64,000 nucleotides of DNA from Gammaproteobacteria bacterium. GTDB taxonomy: Bacteria > Pseudomonadota > Gammaproteobacteria > Eutrophobiales > Eutrophobiaceae. A model generated the notes under the pieces. The model was not told where the DNA came from. It did not search any database and saw only the letters and a list, made by a program, of their open reading frames with translations. The position numbers were made by a program, and so were the translations under genes. Numbering within the stretch: position 1 is the first letter of the stretch; each line of letters opens with the position of its first letter. The stretch is from contig JAURNW010000035.1 of NCBI GenBank assembly GCA_030829985.1, positions 4,091-68,090 of the forward strand, in the 5' to 3' direction. Of the stretch, positions 52,775 through 63,630 are shown in pieces.

Positions 52775-55510
52775 ATGTCCGAACACACAATGGTGCTGAT
52801 TGACGGCTCCTATTATCTATTCCGCGCCTATCACGCTATTCGCGATTTGACTAATGCCAAAGGCGAACCAACCAATGCCATCTATGGTGTCATCAATATG
52901 GTCCAAAAACATTTGACCGAAGGCGGGCCAGATTACTTTGCCATTATTTTCGACGCCAAGGGCAAAACCTTTCGCAATGATTTATACGCGGACTATAAAG
53001 CCAATAGACCACCAATGCCTGATGACCTTGCTTGCCAGATTCAACCGCTACATGATTTGATTCGCGCCATGGGTATTCCGCTGCTGATGATCGACGGGGT
53101 TGAGGCGGATGATGTGATCGCAACGTTGTCCAGACAGGCAGCGAATAGTGGCATTAAAACGATTGTATCTACGGGTGATAAAGATCTGGCGCAAATGGTC
53201 AATGATAAAATTCATTTAATTAATACCATGAGCAATGTCTATCTGGATCCAGCAGGTGTAGAAGAAAAATTTGGTATCCCGCCAGACAGAATAATTGATT
53301 ACCTCACACTGATCGGCGATACCGTTGATAACGTTCCCGGTGTGCCCAAGGTCGGACCAAAAACCGCAGTGAAGTGGTTACTTGAATACGGCTCACTGGA
53401 TAAAATTATTGCTCATGCCGATGAGATAAAAGGAAAGGTCGGCGAAAACCTGCGTGAATTCCTGCCTCAGTTACCTCTGAGTCGGGAACTGATTACACTT
53501 AAATACGACGTTGAGCTGGATTTTGAACCTGAAGATCTGATCATTGCATCGCCAGATAATAATGCATTGAAAAAAATGTATCAACGCTGGAATTTTCGAA
53601 CATGGTTGTCGCAACTTGATGACAGTGATGAAGACGCCATAATTGAAGATGCGCCTGAAGCCACGCAAACGATGCCTGACAAAACTGGGGTAAAAGAGAC
53701 TGAACCAGATTACGAAACCATACTAACAACAACACAACTGGACCAATGGTTATCGCGGCTTAAACAAGCGAAGCTGATCTCAATTGATACAGAAACAACC
53801 AGCCTTGATTACATGCAGGCCAAAATTGTTGGGATATCATTTGCGGTTTGTGAAAATCACGCTGCTTATATACCACTGCAACATGATTACGATGGCGCAC
53901 CCGAACAATTATCTTTAGCAAGCACATTAGAAAAACTTAAACCACTGCTTGAAGACGAAAGCATAAAAAAGATCGGCCAAAACCTGAAATATGATCTGGA
54001 GGTTTTTGCCAACTATCAGATTACACTACGTGGGATAGAGCACGACACGATGTTGGCCTCATATGTCTTAAACAGTACGGCCAGTAGACATGACATGGAT
54101 TCACTGGCTTCAAATTATTTGAACATAGAAACCATTCATTATGAAGATGTCGCTGGAAAAGGCGCTAAACAAATCCCTTTTAATCAAGTGAAAATAGAAA
54201 TTGCCGCGCCCTATGCCGCTGAAGATGCCGATATTGTATTAAAACTACATCGCGTGTTTAGCAACGAATTAAATCAACAGGAAAAACTGAAACAAGTTTA
54301 TAACGAGATAGAAATACCATTGCTAACGGTCATCGCTAGAGTTGAGCGTAATGGTGTTGTAATAGACTCAGACATGCTGCTGCAACAGGGCCATGAGTTA
54401 AAAATAATGATGCAGGAGATTGAAATAGAGGCGCATGATCTCGCGGGGGAAACATTTAACATCGCTTCTCCCAAGCAAATACAAACCATTCTGTATGACA
54501 AAATGGAACTGCCGGTACTGGCAAAAACACCCAAAGGCCAGCCCTCTACTGCTGAATCGGTATTACAAGAACTAGCCGAAAATTATAAGTTGCCCAAATT
54601 AATTCTGGAACACCGAAGCATGAGCAAGCTGTGCTCCACTTACACAGAAAAATTACCACAGATGGTAAACCCTGAAACCGGCAGAGTGCATACCTCTTAT
54701 CATCAGGCGATAGCAGCGACGGGAAGACTGTCTTCTTCAAATCCTAACCTGCAAAATATTCCTATACGCACTCCTGAAGGTAGAAAGATCAGGCAAGCAT
54801 TTATTGCGCCTGAAGGTTATACAATGGTCGCCGCAGATTATTCACAAATTGAATTACGTATAATGGCCCATCTGTCTGGTGATAAAGGTTTGCTAGATGC
54901 GTTTGCTAATGGTCGGGACATTCATAAATCAACAGCAGCAGAAGTATTTTCGGTGCCCATTGACAAAGTTGATAATGATCAACGGCGGGCAGCTAAAGCG
55001 ATTAACTTTGGCCTAATCTATGGCATGTCAGCATTTGGACTTGCTAAACAAATTGGCGTCGGGCGTAGCGAAGCACAGGAATATGTTGATCTTTACTTTA
55101 GTCGTTACCCTGGCGTAAAAATATTTATGGATAAAACGCGTGAACAAGCCCGGCAGCGAGGCTATGTCGAGACCGTGTACAATCGACGTTTGTACTTACC
55201 AGAAATAAATGCACGTAATGCGGCAAGACGGCAATATGCTGAAAGAACCGCTATAAATGCCCCAATGCAAGGCACAGCAGCAGATATTATCAAACTCGCA
55301 ATGATCAACATTGATGCGTGGCTACAAAATTCAGCGATAGATGCAAAAATGATCATGCAGGTTCATGATGAGCTAGTATTCGAAGTTGCAACTGATGGGC
55401 TAGAAAATTTTATGACTGAGGTCAATTCACGGATGTCAACGAATGATTTCCTGAGCGTACCGCTTGAAGTTGACATTGGCACAGGCAAAAATTGGGACGA
55501 AGCACATTAA
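52775..55510 (+). CDS. polA: DNA polymerase I
   Basis: 911 aa with 5'-3' exonuclease, 3'-5' exonuclease and polymerase domains. Confidence 0.96.
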   Translation: MSEHTMVLIDGSYYLFRAYHAIRDLTNAKGEPTNAIYGVINMVQKHLTEGGPDYFAIIFDAKGKTFRNDLYADYKANRPPMPDDLACQIQPLHDLIRAMGIPLLMIDGVEADDVIATLSRQAANSGIKTIVSTGDKDLAQMVNDKIHLINTMSNVYLDPAGVEEKFGIPPDRIIDYLTLIGDTVDNVPGVPKVGPKTAVKWLLEYGSLDKIIAHADEIKGKVGENLREFLPQLPLSRELITLKYDVELDFEPEDLIIASPDNNALKKMYQRWNFRTWLSQLDDSDEDAIIEDAPEATQTMPDKTGVKETEPDYETILTTTQLDQWLSRLKQAKLISIDTETTSLDYMQAKIVGISFAVCENHAAYIPLQHDYDGAPEQLSLASTLEKLKPLLEDESIKKIGQNLKYDLEVFANYQITLRGIEHDTMLASYVLNSTASRHDMDSLASNYLNIETIHYEDVAGKGAKQIPFNQVKIEIAAPYAAEDADIVLKLHRVFSNELNQQEKLKQVYNEIEIPLLTVIARVERNGVVIDSDMLLQQGHELKIMMQEIEIEAHDLAGETFNIASPKQIQTILYDKMELPVLAKTPKGQPSTAESVLQELAENYKLPKLILEHRSMSKLCSTYTEKLPQMVNPETGRVHTSYHQAIAATGRLSSSNPNLQNIPIRTPEGRKIRQAFIAPEGYTMVAADYSQIELRIMAHLSGDKGLLDAFANGRDIHKSTAAEVFSVPIDKVDNDQRRAAKAINFGLIYGMSAFGLAKQIGVGRSEAQEYVDLYFSRYPGVKIFMDKTREQARQRGYVETVYNRRLYLPEINARNAARRQYAERTAINAPMQGTAADIIKLAMINIDAWLQNSAIDAKMIMQVHDELVFEVATDGLENFMTEVNSRMSTNDFLSVPLEVDIGTGKNWDEAH

Positions 55511-55650
55511 AAAAGGATTTGAAATACTTTATAATCCAGCAGAGATAGCCTTATAATTTCAATTATGACATTCGCGCATATATGCTAAGATATTTATCAA
55601 ACTTGAATTATTAAACAACGACTCGTCGACCCTCATCGAATTAAATAATT

Positions 55651-56400
55651 ATGTTAATCATTCCTGCCATAGACATTAAAAACGGAAAGTGTGTACGCCT
55701 TAGTCAAGGACAAATGAACAAGGAAACCATTTACTCTGATGACCCTGTCGCAGTAGCTGACAGATGGATAGAAGCAGGGGCAAGACGACTGCATATCGTA
55801 GATCTGGATGGTGCTGTTAACGGCACCCCCAGAAACGCAGATATTATTAACTCAATTGCTGCTGCACATCCCGATGTGCCGATACAAGTCGGCGGCGGGA
55901 TCAGAGACGAAGATACGATCCAGACTTATCTGGACGTTGGCGTTTCATTTGTCATTATCGGTACACGTGCAGTCACCACACCTCATTTTGTCTCTGATGT
56001 ATGTCTTGAATTTCCTGGTCACATCATAGTTGGGCTAGACGCAAAGAACGGCAAGCTGGCTACAAATGGCTGGTCAAAGCTATCTCACCATGACGCAAAT
56101 GACATGGCACGGCGTTTTGAAGATGACGGCGTAGCAGCGATTATCTTTACCGATATTGGTCGTGATGGAATGTTAAACAGTGTCAATATCGATGCGACCA
56201 CTGATCTTTGCCGTGATATCACCATCCCGGTCATTGCCTCTGGCGGAGTCAGCAATCTTGATGACATAAGCGCCTTATGCAAAGTTAGTGGTGAAGGTAT
56301 TTTTGGCGTCATCACAGGTCGAGCCATATATGAAGGCACCCTGAATTTAACTGAAGCTCAAAAACTAGCCGACGAACATTGCAGCTATAAGGCTTATTGA
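55651..56400 (+). CDS. hisA: ProFAR isomerase
   Basis: [17 protein letters not shown]... Confidence 0.93.
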   Translation: MLIIPAIDIKNGKCVRLSQGQMNKETIYSDDPVAVADRWIEAGARRLHIVDLDGAVNGTPRNADIINSIAAAHPDVPIQVGGGIRDEDTIQTYLDVGVSFVIIGTRAVTTPHFVSDVCLEFPGHIIVGLDAKNGKLATNGWSKLSHHDANDMARRFEDDGVAAIIFTDIGRDGMLNSVNIDATTDLCRDITIPVIASGGVSNLDDISALCKVSGEGIFGVITGRAIYEGTLNLTEAQKLADEHCSYKAY

Positions 56401-57173
56401 TGGGTCTTGCCAAACGCATTATACCTTGCCTTGATGTAGATAAAGGCCGGGTAGTCAAGGGTATTCAATTTGTTGATATCCGTGATGCCGGAGATCCTGT
56501 TGAAGTCGCAAAACGCTATGACCTGCAAGGCGCCGATGAAATTACCTTTCTTGATATAACTGCCAGTAGCGACGACCGCGACACCATGGTTCATGTTGTT
56601 GAACAAGTCGCAAGCCAGGTATTCATACCACTAACTGTTGGCGGTGGTATACGAACGGTCGAAGATATCAAACGCATGCTCATCGCCGGAGCTGACAAAG
56701 TCAGTATAAATACCGCTGCTGTAAATGACCCGGAATTTGTACGTCAAGCAGCAACACAATTTGGATCGCAATGTATTGTTGTCGCGATTGATGCAAAGCG
56801 CGTAAACGGGGATAACGCTAATCCACGTTGGGAAGTGTTCACTCACGGTGGTCGTAATACTACAGGCTTGGATGTCATCGACTGGGCAAAAAAAATGGCC
56901 GGATTTGGCGCTGGCGAGATATTACTCACAAGCATGGATAGAGACGGCATGCGGGATGGTTTTGATCTGGAACTCACCAAGGCGGTATGTGAAGCGGTAA
57001 ACATCCCAGTGATTGCTTCTGGCGGGGTTGGCTCGCTTGAACATCTTGCTGACGGGATAATCTATGGCAAGGCAAATGCTGTGCTGGCTGCCAGTATATT
57101 CCACTTTGGAGAACATACGGTTGCTGAAGCAAAAGCATGTATGTCTAAACGTAACATCGAGGTCCGTTTGTAA
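56397..57173 (+). CDS. hisF: Imidazole glycerol phosphate synthase cyclase subunit
   Basis: [11 protein letters not shown]... Confidence 0.94.
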   Translation: MMGLAKRIIPCLDVDKGRVVKGIQFVDIRDAGDPVEVAKRYDLQGADEITFLDITASSDDRDTMVHVVEQVASQVFIPLTVGGGIRTVEDIKRMLIAGADKVSINTAAVNDPEFVRQAATQFGSQCIVVAIDAKRVNGDNANPRWEVFTHGGRNTTGLDVIDWAKKMAGFGAGEILLTSMDRDGMRDGFDLELTKAVCEAVNIPVIASGGVGSLEHLADGIIYGKANAVLAASIFHFGEHTVAEAKACMSKRNIEVRL

Positions 57174-57188
57174 TATACGGTATTTATC

Positions 57189-57572
57189 ATGGCTTCATGG
57201 CTGGACAAGATTAAATGGAATAATGAGGGCTTAGTCCCGGTGATTGTGCAGGAACTGGATACGGGACAGGTGCTGATGCATGCCTGGATGAACAGGGAGT
57301 CACTACAACAAACTCGAAACAGCGGGAAAGCTGTCTTTTGGTCACGATCTCGCCAATCACTCTGGACTAAAGGAGAGTCGTCCGGCCACTTCCAGCTGGT
57401 TGAATCGATAAAACTGGATTGTGATTTCGATACATTATTGATCACCGTCAAGCAGGAAGGCGGCATGGCTTGTCATACTGGCCGGCATCATTGTTTTTTT
57501 ATGACATTGTCGGATGATGAATGGCAAACGACAGAACCCGTTTTAAAAGATCCGCACGACATATATAAATAA
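57189..57572 (+). CDS. hisI: Phosphoribosyl-AMP cyclohydrolase
   Basis: 127 aa HisI domain. Confidence 0.9.
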   Translation: MASWLDKIKWNNEGLVPVIVQELDTGQVLMHAWMNRESLQQTRNSGKAVFWSRSRQSLWTKGESSGHFQLVESIKLDCDFDTLLITVKQEGGMACHTGRHHCFFMTLSDDEWQTTEPVLKDPHDIYK

Positions 57573-57582
57573 CAGGCTTGAA

Positions 57583-57903
57583 ATGAAACAAGATATTCTT
57601 AATTCTCTCTCGGAAATACTGGAGCAACGAAAACAGGCTAACCCAGACGAGTCTTACACCGCTAAATTATTCAAGGATGGCTTGGATAGTATCTTGAAGA
57701 AAGTTGGCGAAGAAGCAACAGAGGTTATTATTGCGTCTAAATCCGGCGATAATGCTTCTATAACTCACGAAGTTGCCGACTTATGGTTTCATACCCTGGT
57801 TTTGCTTAAATACCATGAGTTGGACTATACAGACATTCTCAATGAGCTTGAGGGTCGGTTCGGGTTATCTGGGCTGGAAGAAAAAGCCCGTCGAAAGGAA
57901 TAA
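57583..57903 (+). CDS. hisE: Phosphoribosyl-ATP pyrophosphatase
   Basis: 106 aa MazG-like HisE. Confidence 0.9.
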   Translation: MKQDILNSLSEILEQRKQANPDESYTAKLFKDGLDSILKKVGEEATEVIIASKSGDNASITHEVADLWFHTLVLLKYHELDYTDILNELEGRFGLSGLEEKARRKE

Positions 57904-57920
57904 TCATAGCGACGAACATT

Positions 57921-57945
57921 AGCACGAGCTTGCTTGTGCTTATAA
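57921..57945 (+). terminator. Candidate weak terminator after hisE
   Basis: AGCACGAGC-TTG-CTTGTGCT hairpin (one G-U pair), followed by TATAAAAT. Confidence 0.25.
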
Positions 57946-57999
57946 AATCAGGTCAACTAGTATTTAATCTATAAATAAAACTATGTGGAGAATATAAGT

Positions 58000-58236
58000 A
58001 TGGGTTTTGGTGTCTCCGAACTGCTAATTTTGCTAATTATTGTTGCCTTGTTGTTTGGCACTAAAAAACTGCGCAACATGGGTGGCGACCTGGGAAGTGC
58101 GGTAAAAAGCTTCAGAAGCGCAATAAAAGATCCTGAAGAAAAGGAATCATTAAATGAGGCCGCAGACAAGTCAACAAATGGCAAAGTCATTGAAGGCAAA
58201 GTCGAGCCACAAAATGAAGACGCTTCAAAGTCCTGA
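58000..58236 (+). CDS. tatA: Sec-independent translocase TatA
   Basis: [24 protein letters not shown], with GGAG 9 nt upstream. Confidence 0.9.
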   Translation: MGFGVSELLILLIIVALLFGTKKLRNMGGDLGSAVKSFRSAIKDPEEKESLNEAADKSTNGKVIEGKVEPQNEDASKS

Positions 58237-58267
58237 CTGTTAAATATAGCTCTTAGTTGATATAGCC

Positions 58268-58555
58268 ATGTTTGATATCGGGTTTTGGGAGCTGATTATT
58301 ATCGCCATCATTGCATTAATTGTCATCGGCCCGGAACGACTGCCCGGATTTGCTCGTGATGCAGGCAAGTTTGTTAATAAAATCCGTAATTTTGTAAATA
58401 GCGCCAAAAGAGAGCTCGAAAAAGAACTTGAGTTTGATCAGGTTAGTAACCTCCATAAAGACATTAATCATATTGACAGGCTGATGAAAGAAGCGCCCGA
58501 CCGCGACCTGATTAATAAAGCGGTAAATAACGACGATACTAAAATCAATAGCTAA
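58268..58555 (+). CDS. tatB: Sec-independent translocase TatB
   Basis: MFDIGFWELIIIAIIALIVIGPERLP. Confidence 0.9.
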   Translation: MFDIGFWELIIIAIIALIVIGPERLPGFARDAGKFVNKIRNFVNSAKRELEKELEFDQVSNLHKDINHIDRLMKEAPDRDLINKAVNNDDTKINS

Positions 58556-58573
58556 GCCCGTTCTATCTTCATA

Positions 58574-59338
58574 ATGACGAATGCTGAGACCGATTCCGGC
58601 CAACCCTTAATCGCACATTTAATAGAATTGCGTGTGTGTGTACTACGAGCGGTAATTTGTGTCTTCGTTGTATTGCTAATCTTGTTGCCATTTTCAAATC
58701 AGATATACAGTTTCATCGCCACACCACTAATAGCGAGACTACCTGAAGGTAGCAGCATGATTGCCACAGAGGTTGCATCTCCTTTTTTCGCGCCTTTCAA
58801 ACTAACCTTGTTCTGTGCCATATTTTTTACAATCCCTTACATTTTATATCAGGCCTGGTCGTTCATTGCGCCCGGCCTATATAACAATGAAAAAAAACTG
58901 GCTATCCCACTATTAATAAGCAGCAGTTTGTTGTTCTATCTTGGCGTAGCGTTCGCTTATTATGCGGTGTTCCCTTTGCTGTTTGCTTTTTTAACAACAA
59001 CCGCGCCCGATGGCATACAGATTATGACGGACATCAATCATTATCTTGATTTCATCATTAAGCTTTTCTTTGCCTTTGGGGTTTCGTTCGAGATACCGAT
59101 TGCAACATTTTTACTGGTCCGCGGGGGTATAATCAGCGCTGATAAACTGGCACAAAACCGACCCTATATTATTTTATTAGCGTTCTTCCTTGGTATGTTG
59201 TTAACGCCACCGGATGTGATATCACAAGTTTTGTTAGCTGTTCCAATTTGGCTGCTATTTGAGAGTGGCTTGTTAATGAGTCGACGCTACGGGAAGTCAA
59301 AAGAACCCTCTGAAAACGAAGATCATACTGCTGATTAA
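58574..59338 (+). CDS. tatC: Sec-independent translocase TatC
   Basis: 254 aa, six transmembrane segments, TatC family. Confidence 0.93.
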   Translation: MTNAETDSGQPLIAHLIELRVCVLRAVICVFVVLLILLPFSNQIYSFIATPLIARLPEGSSMIATEVASPFFAPFKLTLFCAIFFTIPYILYQAWSFIAPGLYNNEKKLAIPLLISSSLLFYLGVAFAYYAVFPLLFAFLTTTAPDGIQIMTDINHYLDFIIKLFFAFGVSFEIPIATFLLVRGGIISADKLAQNRPYIILLAFFLGMLLTPPDVISQVLLAVPIWLLFESGLLMSRRYGKSKEPSENEDHTAD

Positions 59339-60741
59339 TTAATAGCGGTGCTTGCCCAATTAGAACGTCGTTTAGTTTCCAGACCATTTTCAAAATCGAT
59401 CAATTTATTTTTTATTGCGGCACCTACACTAATCTGTGGATCCGAGTTCTTGAATCCTTCTTTGTTTTCTCTGGCGTAAATAATTTCAGAGGCTTTATTG
59501 AAAGCTTCTATAAATGACTGCGTTTGTCTCAGACCTTTATCAAAGTAGGCATCGCCAAAGTAAGAGTATTTGCCGTCGTGACCACAACCAAAAGAGTTCT
59601 TGTCTGCACTTGCTGCAGTAATAACTAAAGTATATGGATCGGCCAATGGCTCTATGAAACCGCCTGAATAACAGGCTGATACTATTATGATGCGCCATTT
59701 AATTCCGGCCACGTCCAAAGCCGACTTGATGGTATTTGCATTAATGTTATTAAGCTTGAATGGAGGAAAGTTTATAGACAAATAGTGATCCGAGGTTCCG
59801 TGCGATGTCAAAAAAAGAAATAATATATCTTCCTCAAGATTCATTAGCGTTGCTATTTGTTTAATACCTCGTTTTAAATTGGGGCCGTTCGCCAATGGGA
59901 ACTTATCAGCCGTATAAGCATTGTTAATTAAGCTCAATGAACGGCCATAAGCATCAAAATGGTTTTTAGTGATGTTTTGTGCGGCCAATGCTTCATTCAT
60001 AAAAACATCTTCATCTGCATCGCCGGCAAAACCCAGGTAAAATAAATCTGTGACCCCTTCAGTGCTCTCGGCAATATTGCTCAACTGTTCCTGAAGTAAG
60101 CTATTTTGTGAATAATAGATCGTTTCGATATCTATTTTAGATGCTGTGTTTACTGTTTGTTTAGCAATTGGCTTTTCGGGAAACCAGAGCGGTTCGGTTG
60201 GCAACAAAAACAACGGGACAAAATTAATCACCGCATACAAAAAAGTATAGAACAGGGTCGACGCAAAGCGCAGGTAAAAGAATCGTTTAAACAGGCGGGC
60301 GGCGACCAAAAAATACCACAGGGTATAAAGAAGAAATATTGCCCAGCTTGAATAGAATTCATCAAAATAGGTCTGTTGTTTTTGAAGCAATAACAAGCAG
60401 ACTGTTCCTAACCAAATAACAGGCACTATCGACAAAAACAGCACGGCTAATTTTGCCATATCTCGTTGTCGTGAATTTAATACGGCGATTAGGCTTAGAC
60501 TGAAAAAGAACAACAAATACAGCATGGCTTGATAACTAAGACCATAAGGATTAAAAACATTATCAGGCGCGGTATCAAAATAATCATGGGCACAAGTCAA
60601 CCCTAAAGAAACAACAAGAAGCAGACAGACTTGTAAATAACTGCTTTTGAATAGCCACAACCGAATCGGCATAAATAGAGCGGCACGCGTACCCGCCAAT
60701 ATATTTTTTACAAGGTCTGTCAGCATTCTGTAAGGGCTCAA
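59335..60741 (-). CDS. Polytopic membrane protein with a C-terminal C13 (legumain/GPI-transamidase-like) cysteine peptidase domain
   Basis: The N-terminal roughly 200 aa carry multiple transmembrane helices. The C-terminal domain has the His-Gly ... Ala-Cys catalytic dyad context (FLTSHGTSD ... IIVSACYSGGF). Confidence 0.7.
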   Translation of the reverse strand: MSPYRMLTDLVKNILAGTRAALFMPIRLWLFKSSYLQVCLLLVVSLGLTCAHDYFDTAPDNVFNPYGLSYQAMLYLLFFFSLSLIAVLNSRQRDMAKLAVLFLSIVPVIWLGTVCLLLLQKQQTYFDEFYSSWAIFLLYTLWYFLVAARLFKRFFYLRFASTLFYTFLYAVINFVPLFLLPTEPLWFPEKPIAKQTVNTASKIDIETIYYSQNSLLQEQLSNIAESTEGVTDLFYLGFAGDADEDVFMNEALAAQNITKNHFDAYGRSLSLINNAYTADKFPLANGPNLKRGIKQIATLMNLEEDILFLFLTSHGTSDHYLSINFPPFKLNNINANTIKSALDVAGIKWRIIIVSACYSGGFIEPLADPYTLVITAASADKNSFGCGHDGKYSYFGDAYFDKGLRQTQSFIEAFNKASEIIYARENKEGFKNSDPQISVGAAIKNKLIDFENGLETKRRSNWASTAIN

Positions 60742-60787
60742 TTATTCGTCCTTTAACTAAATTGCAGACTCGAAAGAAACATTAATG

Positions 60788-61204
60788 CTAAGATTGCTCC
60801 CACGGTAAGCCGTGAAACCGCCAACCATTAAGACTGTTTCTATGTCCATTATCATCTTTATCTCCCTCAAACCCCTCGAGCACATTGTACACATCAGTAA
60901 ACCCGTCTTTGATTAACATCTCACCGGCCAGCTTCGAGCGAGCCCCGCTTCGACAAAGCATTAGCAGCGGCATATCCTCTGTCGAAACACCTGTTGGCGT
61001 TTGTTCCGCCAATTTCACGCGTAGCCTCTCAACAAAGTCCGAGGCAGTATCCCAGTCCGGGGGTTCTCTCAGCGGCAAATGTATGGCGTTTAACGGGTGG
61101 CCGACAAATTCATATTCCATCGTACTTCTAACATCAATAAGTGTCGCGTCAGGTTGTTGTTCGAGGATCTTAAAAGCCTCTATTGGATTAACTTCTTTTA
61201 TCAT
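60788..61204 (-). CDS. Rhodanese-domain sulfurtransferase
   Basis: Active-site loop CRSGARS, 138 aa. Confidence 0.8.
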   Translation of the reverse strand: MIKEVNPIEAFKILEQQPDATLIDVRSTMEYEFVGHPLNAIHLPLREPPDWDTASDFVERLRVKLAEQTPTGVSTEDMPLLMLCRSGARSKLAGEMLIKDGFTDVYNVLEGFEGDKDDNGHRNSLNGWRFHGLPWEQS

Positions 61205-61408
61205 TTTAATCTTCTCATAGTGGTATGGTTAAGCATATTTCGTCTCTTAATGGCTTAAATGCTCCAGAAAACGATTACTAAACTGCATTCATTCAATAGT
61301 TTAGTCAAAGATTTATTGATCACGTGTGACTGGGGCATTAACATTAGCTGGCTTTATCAAAATAACAATAATTTACAGTAATTTTTAAAACTTTCGGTAA
61401 TAAAACTA

Positions 61409-62329
61409 ATGAGTATGGATGATCGTGATGGTGTTATTTGGCTTGATGGTGAATTTGTTCCCTGGCGAGAGGCAAAAACCCACGTACTGACCCACACCCT
61501 GCATTACGGCATGGGGGTATTTGAAGGTATACGCGCTTATAAAACGGACAGCGGCACAGCCATCTTCAGGCTTGAAGATCACACCAATCGCTTATTTTCT
61601 TCTGCACACATATTAAATATGCCGATGCCTTACGATAAGGCGGCCATTAATAAAGCTTGTCTAGGTGCGGTTAAAAATAACAAGCTCGATAGCGCCTATA
61701 TCCGCCCAATGTGTTTCTATGGCTCCGAAGGTATGGGGCTACGCGCGGATAATCTTGAAGTGCATGTGATGATTGCCGCTTGGGCATGGGGTTCTTATCT
61801 TGGTGCCGATGGTCTTGAGAAGGGCATTCGGATAAAAACCTCTTCATTTACACGTCACCATGTCAATATCACTATGTGTAAGGCCAAGGCTAATGGGAAT
61901 TATATGAATTCGATGCTAGCACTGCAGGAAGCGCTGGCCGGAGGTTATGATGAAGCTTTGCTATTAGATGCAGAGGGCTATGTCGCTGAAGGCAGTGGAG
62001 AAAATATATTTATTATTCGTAATGGCATTATTTATACTCCCGACTTAACTTCCGCGCTCGAGGGCATTACCCGTGAAACCATTATACAGTTTGCCCGTGA
62101 AAATAATCTAACTGTAAAAGAAAAAAGAATCACTCGTGATGAGGTATATATCGCTGACGAAGCATTTTTTACCGGAACGGCTGCCGAAGTAACACCGATC
62201 CGTGAGCTTGATGGGCGGCAAATTGGAAATGGTAAGCGCGGTCCAATTACAGAAAAACTTCAAAGACGCTACTTCGACTGTGTTGAAGGAAAGCTGGATG
62301 AGTATAAAAATTGGTTAAGCTATGTATAA
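61409..62329 (+). CDS. ilvE: Branched-chain-amino-acid aminotransferase
   Basis: PLP fold type IV, 306 aa. Confidence 0.92.
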   Translation: MSMDDRDGVIWLDGEFVPWREAKTHVLTHTLHYGMGVFEGIRAYKTDSGTAIFRLEDHTNRLFSSAHILNMPMPYDKAAINKACLGAVKNNKLDSAYIRPMCFYGSEGMGLRADNLEVHVMIAAWAWGSYLGADGLEKGIRIKTSSFTRHHVNITMCKAKANGNYMNSMLALQEALAGGYDEALLLDAEGYVAEGSGENIFIIRNGIIYTPDLTSALEGITRETIIQFARENNLTVKEKRITRDEVYIADEAFFTGTAAEVTPIRELDGRQIGNGKRGPITEKLQRRYFDCVEGKLDEYKNWLSYV

Positions 62330-62341
62330 CGAGGTAACCCT

Positions 62342-62545
62342 ATGAATGAATCAATACAAGATACTGCAACAGTTTCTACCAGTAGCGAGTCCGTTTTTCG
62401 TATCAAGAAAGACCAGTTGCCTCTACATTGCCCTTTACCCATAATGAGTCTTTGGAATCAACACCCACGAGTTTATCTGCCTATTGATAGTACCGGAAAA
62501 TCAAAATGCCCATACTGTGGCAGTGAGTTCATTCTCGAGGATTAA
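62342..62545 (+). CDS. Small zinc-finger domain protein
   Basis: C-terminal ...CPYCGSEF with an upstream Cys/His. 67 aa. Confidence 0.55.
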   Translation: MNESIQDTATVSTSSESVFRIKKDQLPLHCPLPIMSLWNQHPRVYLPIDSTGKSKCPYCGSEFILED

Positions 62546-62567
62546 CTGATTTAATAATCAGGAAAAC

Positions 62568-63476
62568 ATGGCTCTCAATATATGGCGCTTTACTGATGGT
62601 AAACCCGGCCACGACTCACAAAGCATCGGATTATGCACGGCCATTGAACAACTAAAAACATGTCATCGCTTTGATGTTTCTGCAACCCCGCTGATAAACA
62701 GTATTGCCCTGTTTTTAGCCGGGCGTTTCAACTCAGACAAGGACTTACCCAAACCAGACCTTATAATCGGTGCCGGGCATGGCACGCATTTATCAATGCT
62801 GGCTGCACAACGCGCTCATGGCGGCCAAACCATTGTGTTAATGAAGCCTAGTTTGCCTCGTTCCTTGTTTGATGTCTGCATAATTCCAAAACACGATCTA
62901 GTGCCCGACAGTAGTCGCGTTATTACTACCGAAGGCGCCCTAAACCCGGTTCAATCTAATAAAAACAAGTCCCCTGATTCAGGCCTGATTCTGCTAGGTG
63001 GATTATCCAGGCATTACCATTGGAGTGAGGAAACGGTAATTGAACAGCTTGAGACTATAATTACGAGCATGTCCGATGTTAATTGGATTATCGCGGATTC
63101 ACCGCGCACACCTGAATCCATTTTGACAAAACTGGATAAACAAAATCACAAGAACATACATTTATTAAATTATTCCGAAACAAATACCACTCAGATTCAT
63201 AACCTTATTTTCGATGCGAATTACATCTGGGTATCGGTAGACAGCGTCTCAATGATATACGAATCACTTTCATCCGGCGCATCGGTGGGCTTGATAGAAC
63301 TTAAAAACAAAGAAAAATCGCGTATGGCTAACGCTATAAGCTCACTGGTAAATGAGAATAAATTAACCACATTTAGTAAGTGGCAACAAGATCGTGTCAT
63401 GGTGCCGGGCCTGAGTAATTTTAATGAAGCGAAAAGAAGCGCTGATTTACTGCTTGCCAGAGGTATTTTAGGTTAG
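62568..63476 (+). CDS. ELM1/DUF1022-family (putative nucleotide-sugar transferase-like) protein
   Basis: MALNIWRFTDGKPGHDSQSIGL... is the N-terminus typical of the bacterial ELM1 family. Confidence 0.7.
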   Translation: MALNIWRFTDGKPGHDSQSIGLCTAIEQLKTCHRFDVSATPLINSIALFLAGRFNSDKDLPKPDLIIGAGHGTHLSMLAAQRAHGGQTIVLMKPSLPRSLFDVCIIPKHDLVPDSSRVITTEGALNPVQSNKNKSPDSGLILLGGLSRHYHWSEETVIEQLETIITSMSDVNWIIADSPRTPESILTKLDKQNHKNIHLLNYSETNTTQIHNLIFDANYIWVSVDSVSMIYESLSSGASVGLIELKNKEKSRMANAISSLVNENKLTTFSKWQQDRVMVPGLSNFNEAKRSADLLLARGILG

Positions 63477-63630
63477 CACTTATTTACTAAAATCTCGCTC
63501 ATCCAGCGTGATAGCGCGGCAATGCCTTTCATGATCGATTGAGATCTCTGTTTATTGGCGAAAGGCTTACTGTATTAAGTTAATATAACCCACCAATTAT
63601 TAATAAATCTTCACATACTTAAAGACAACC

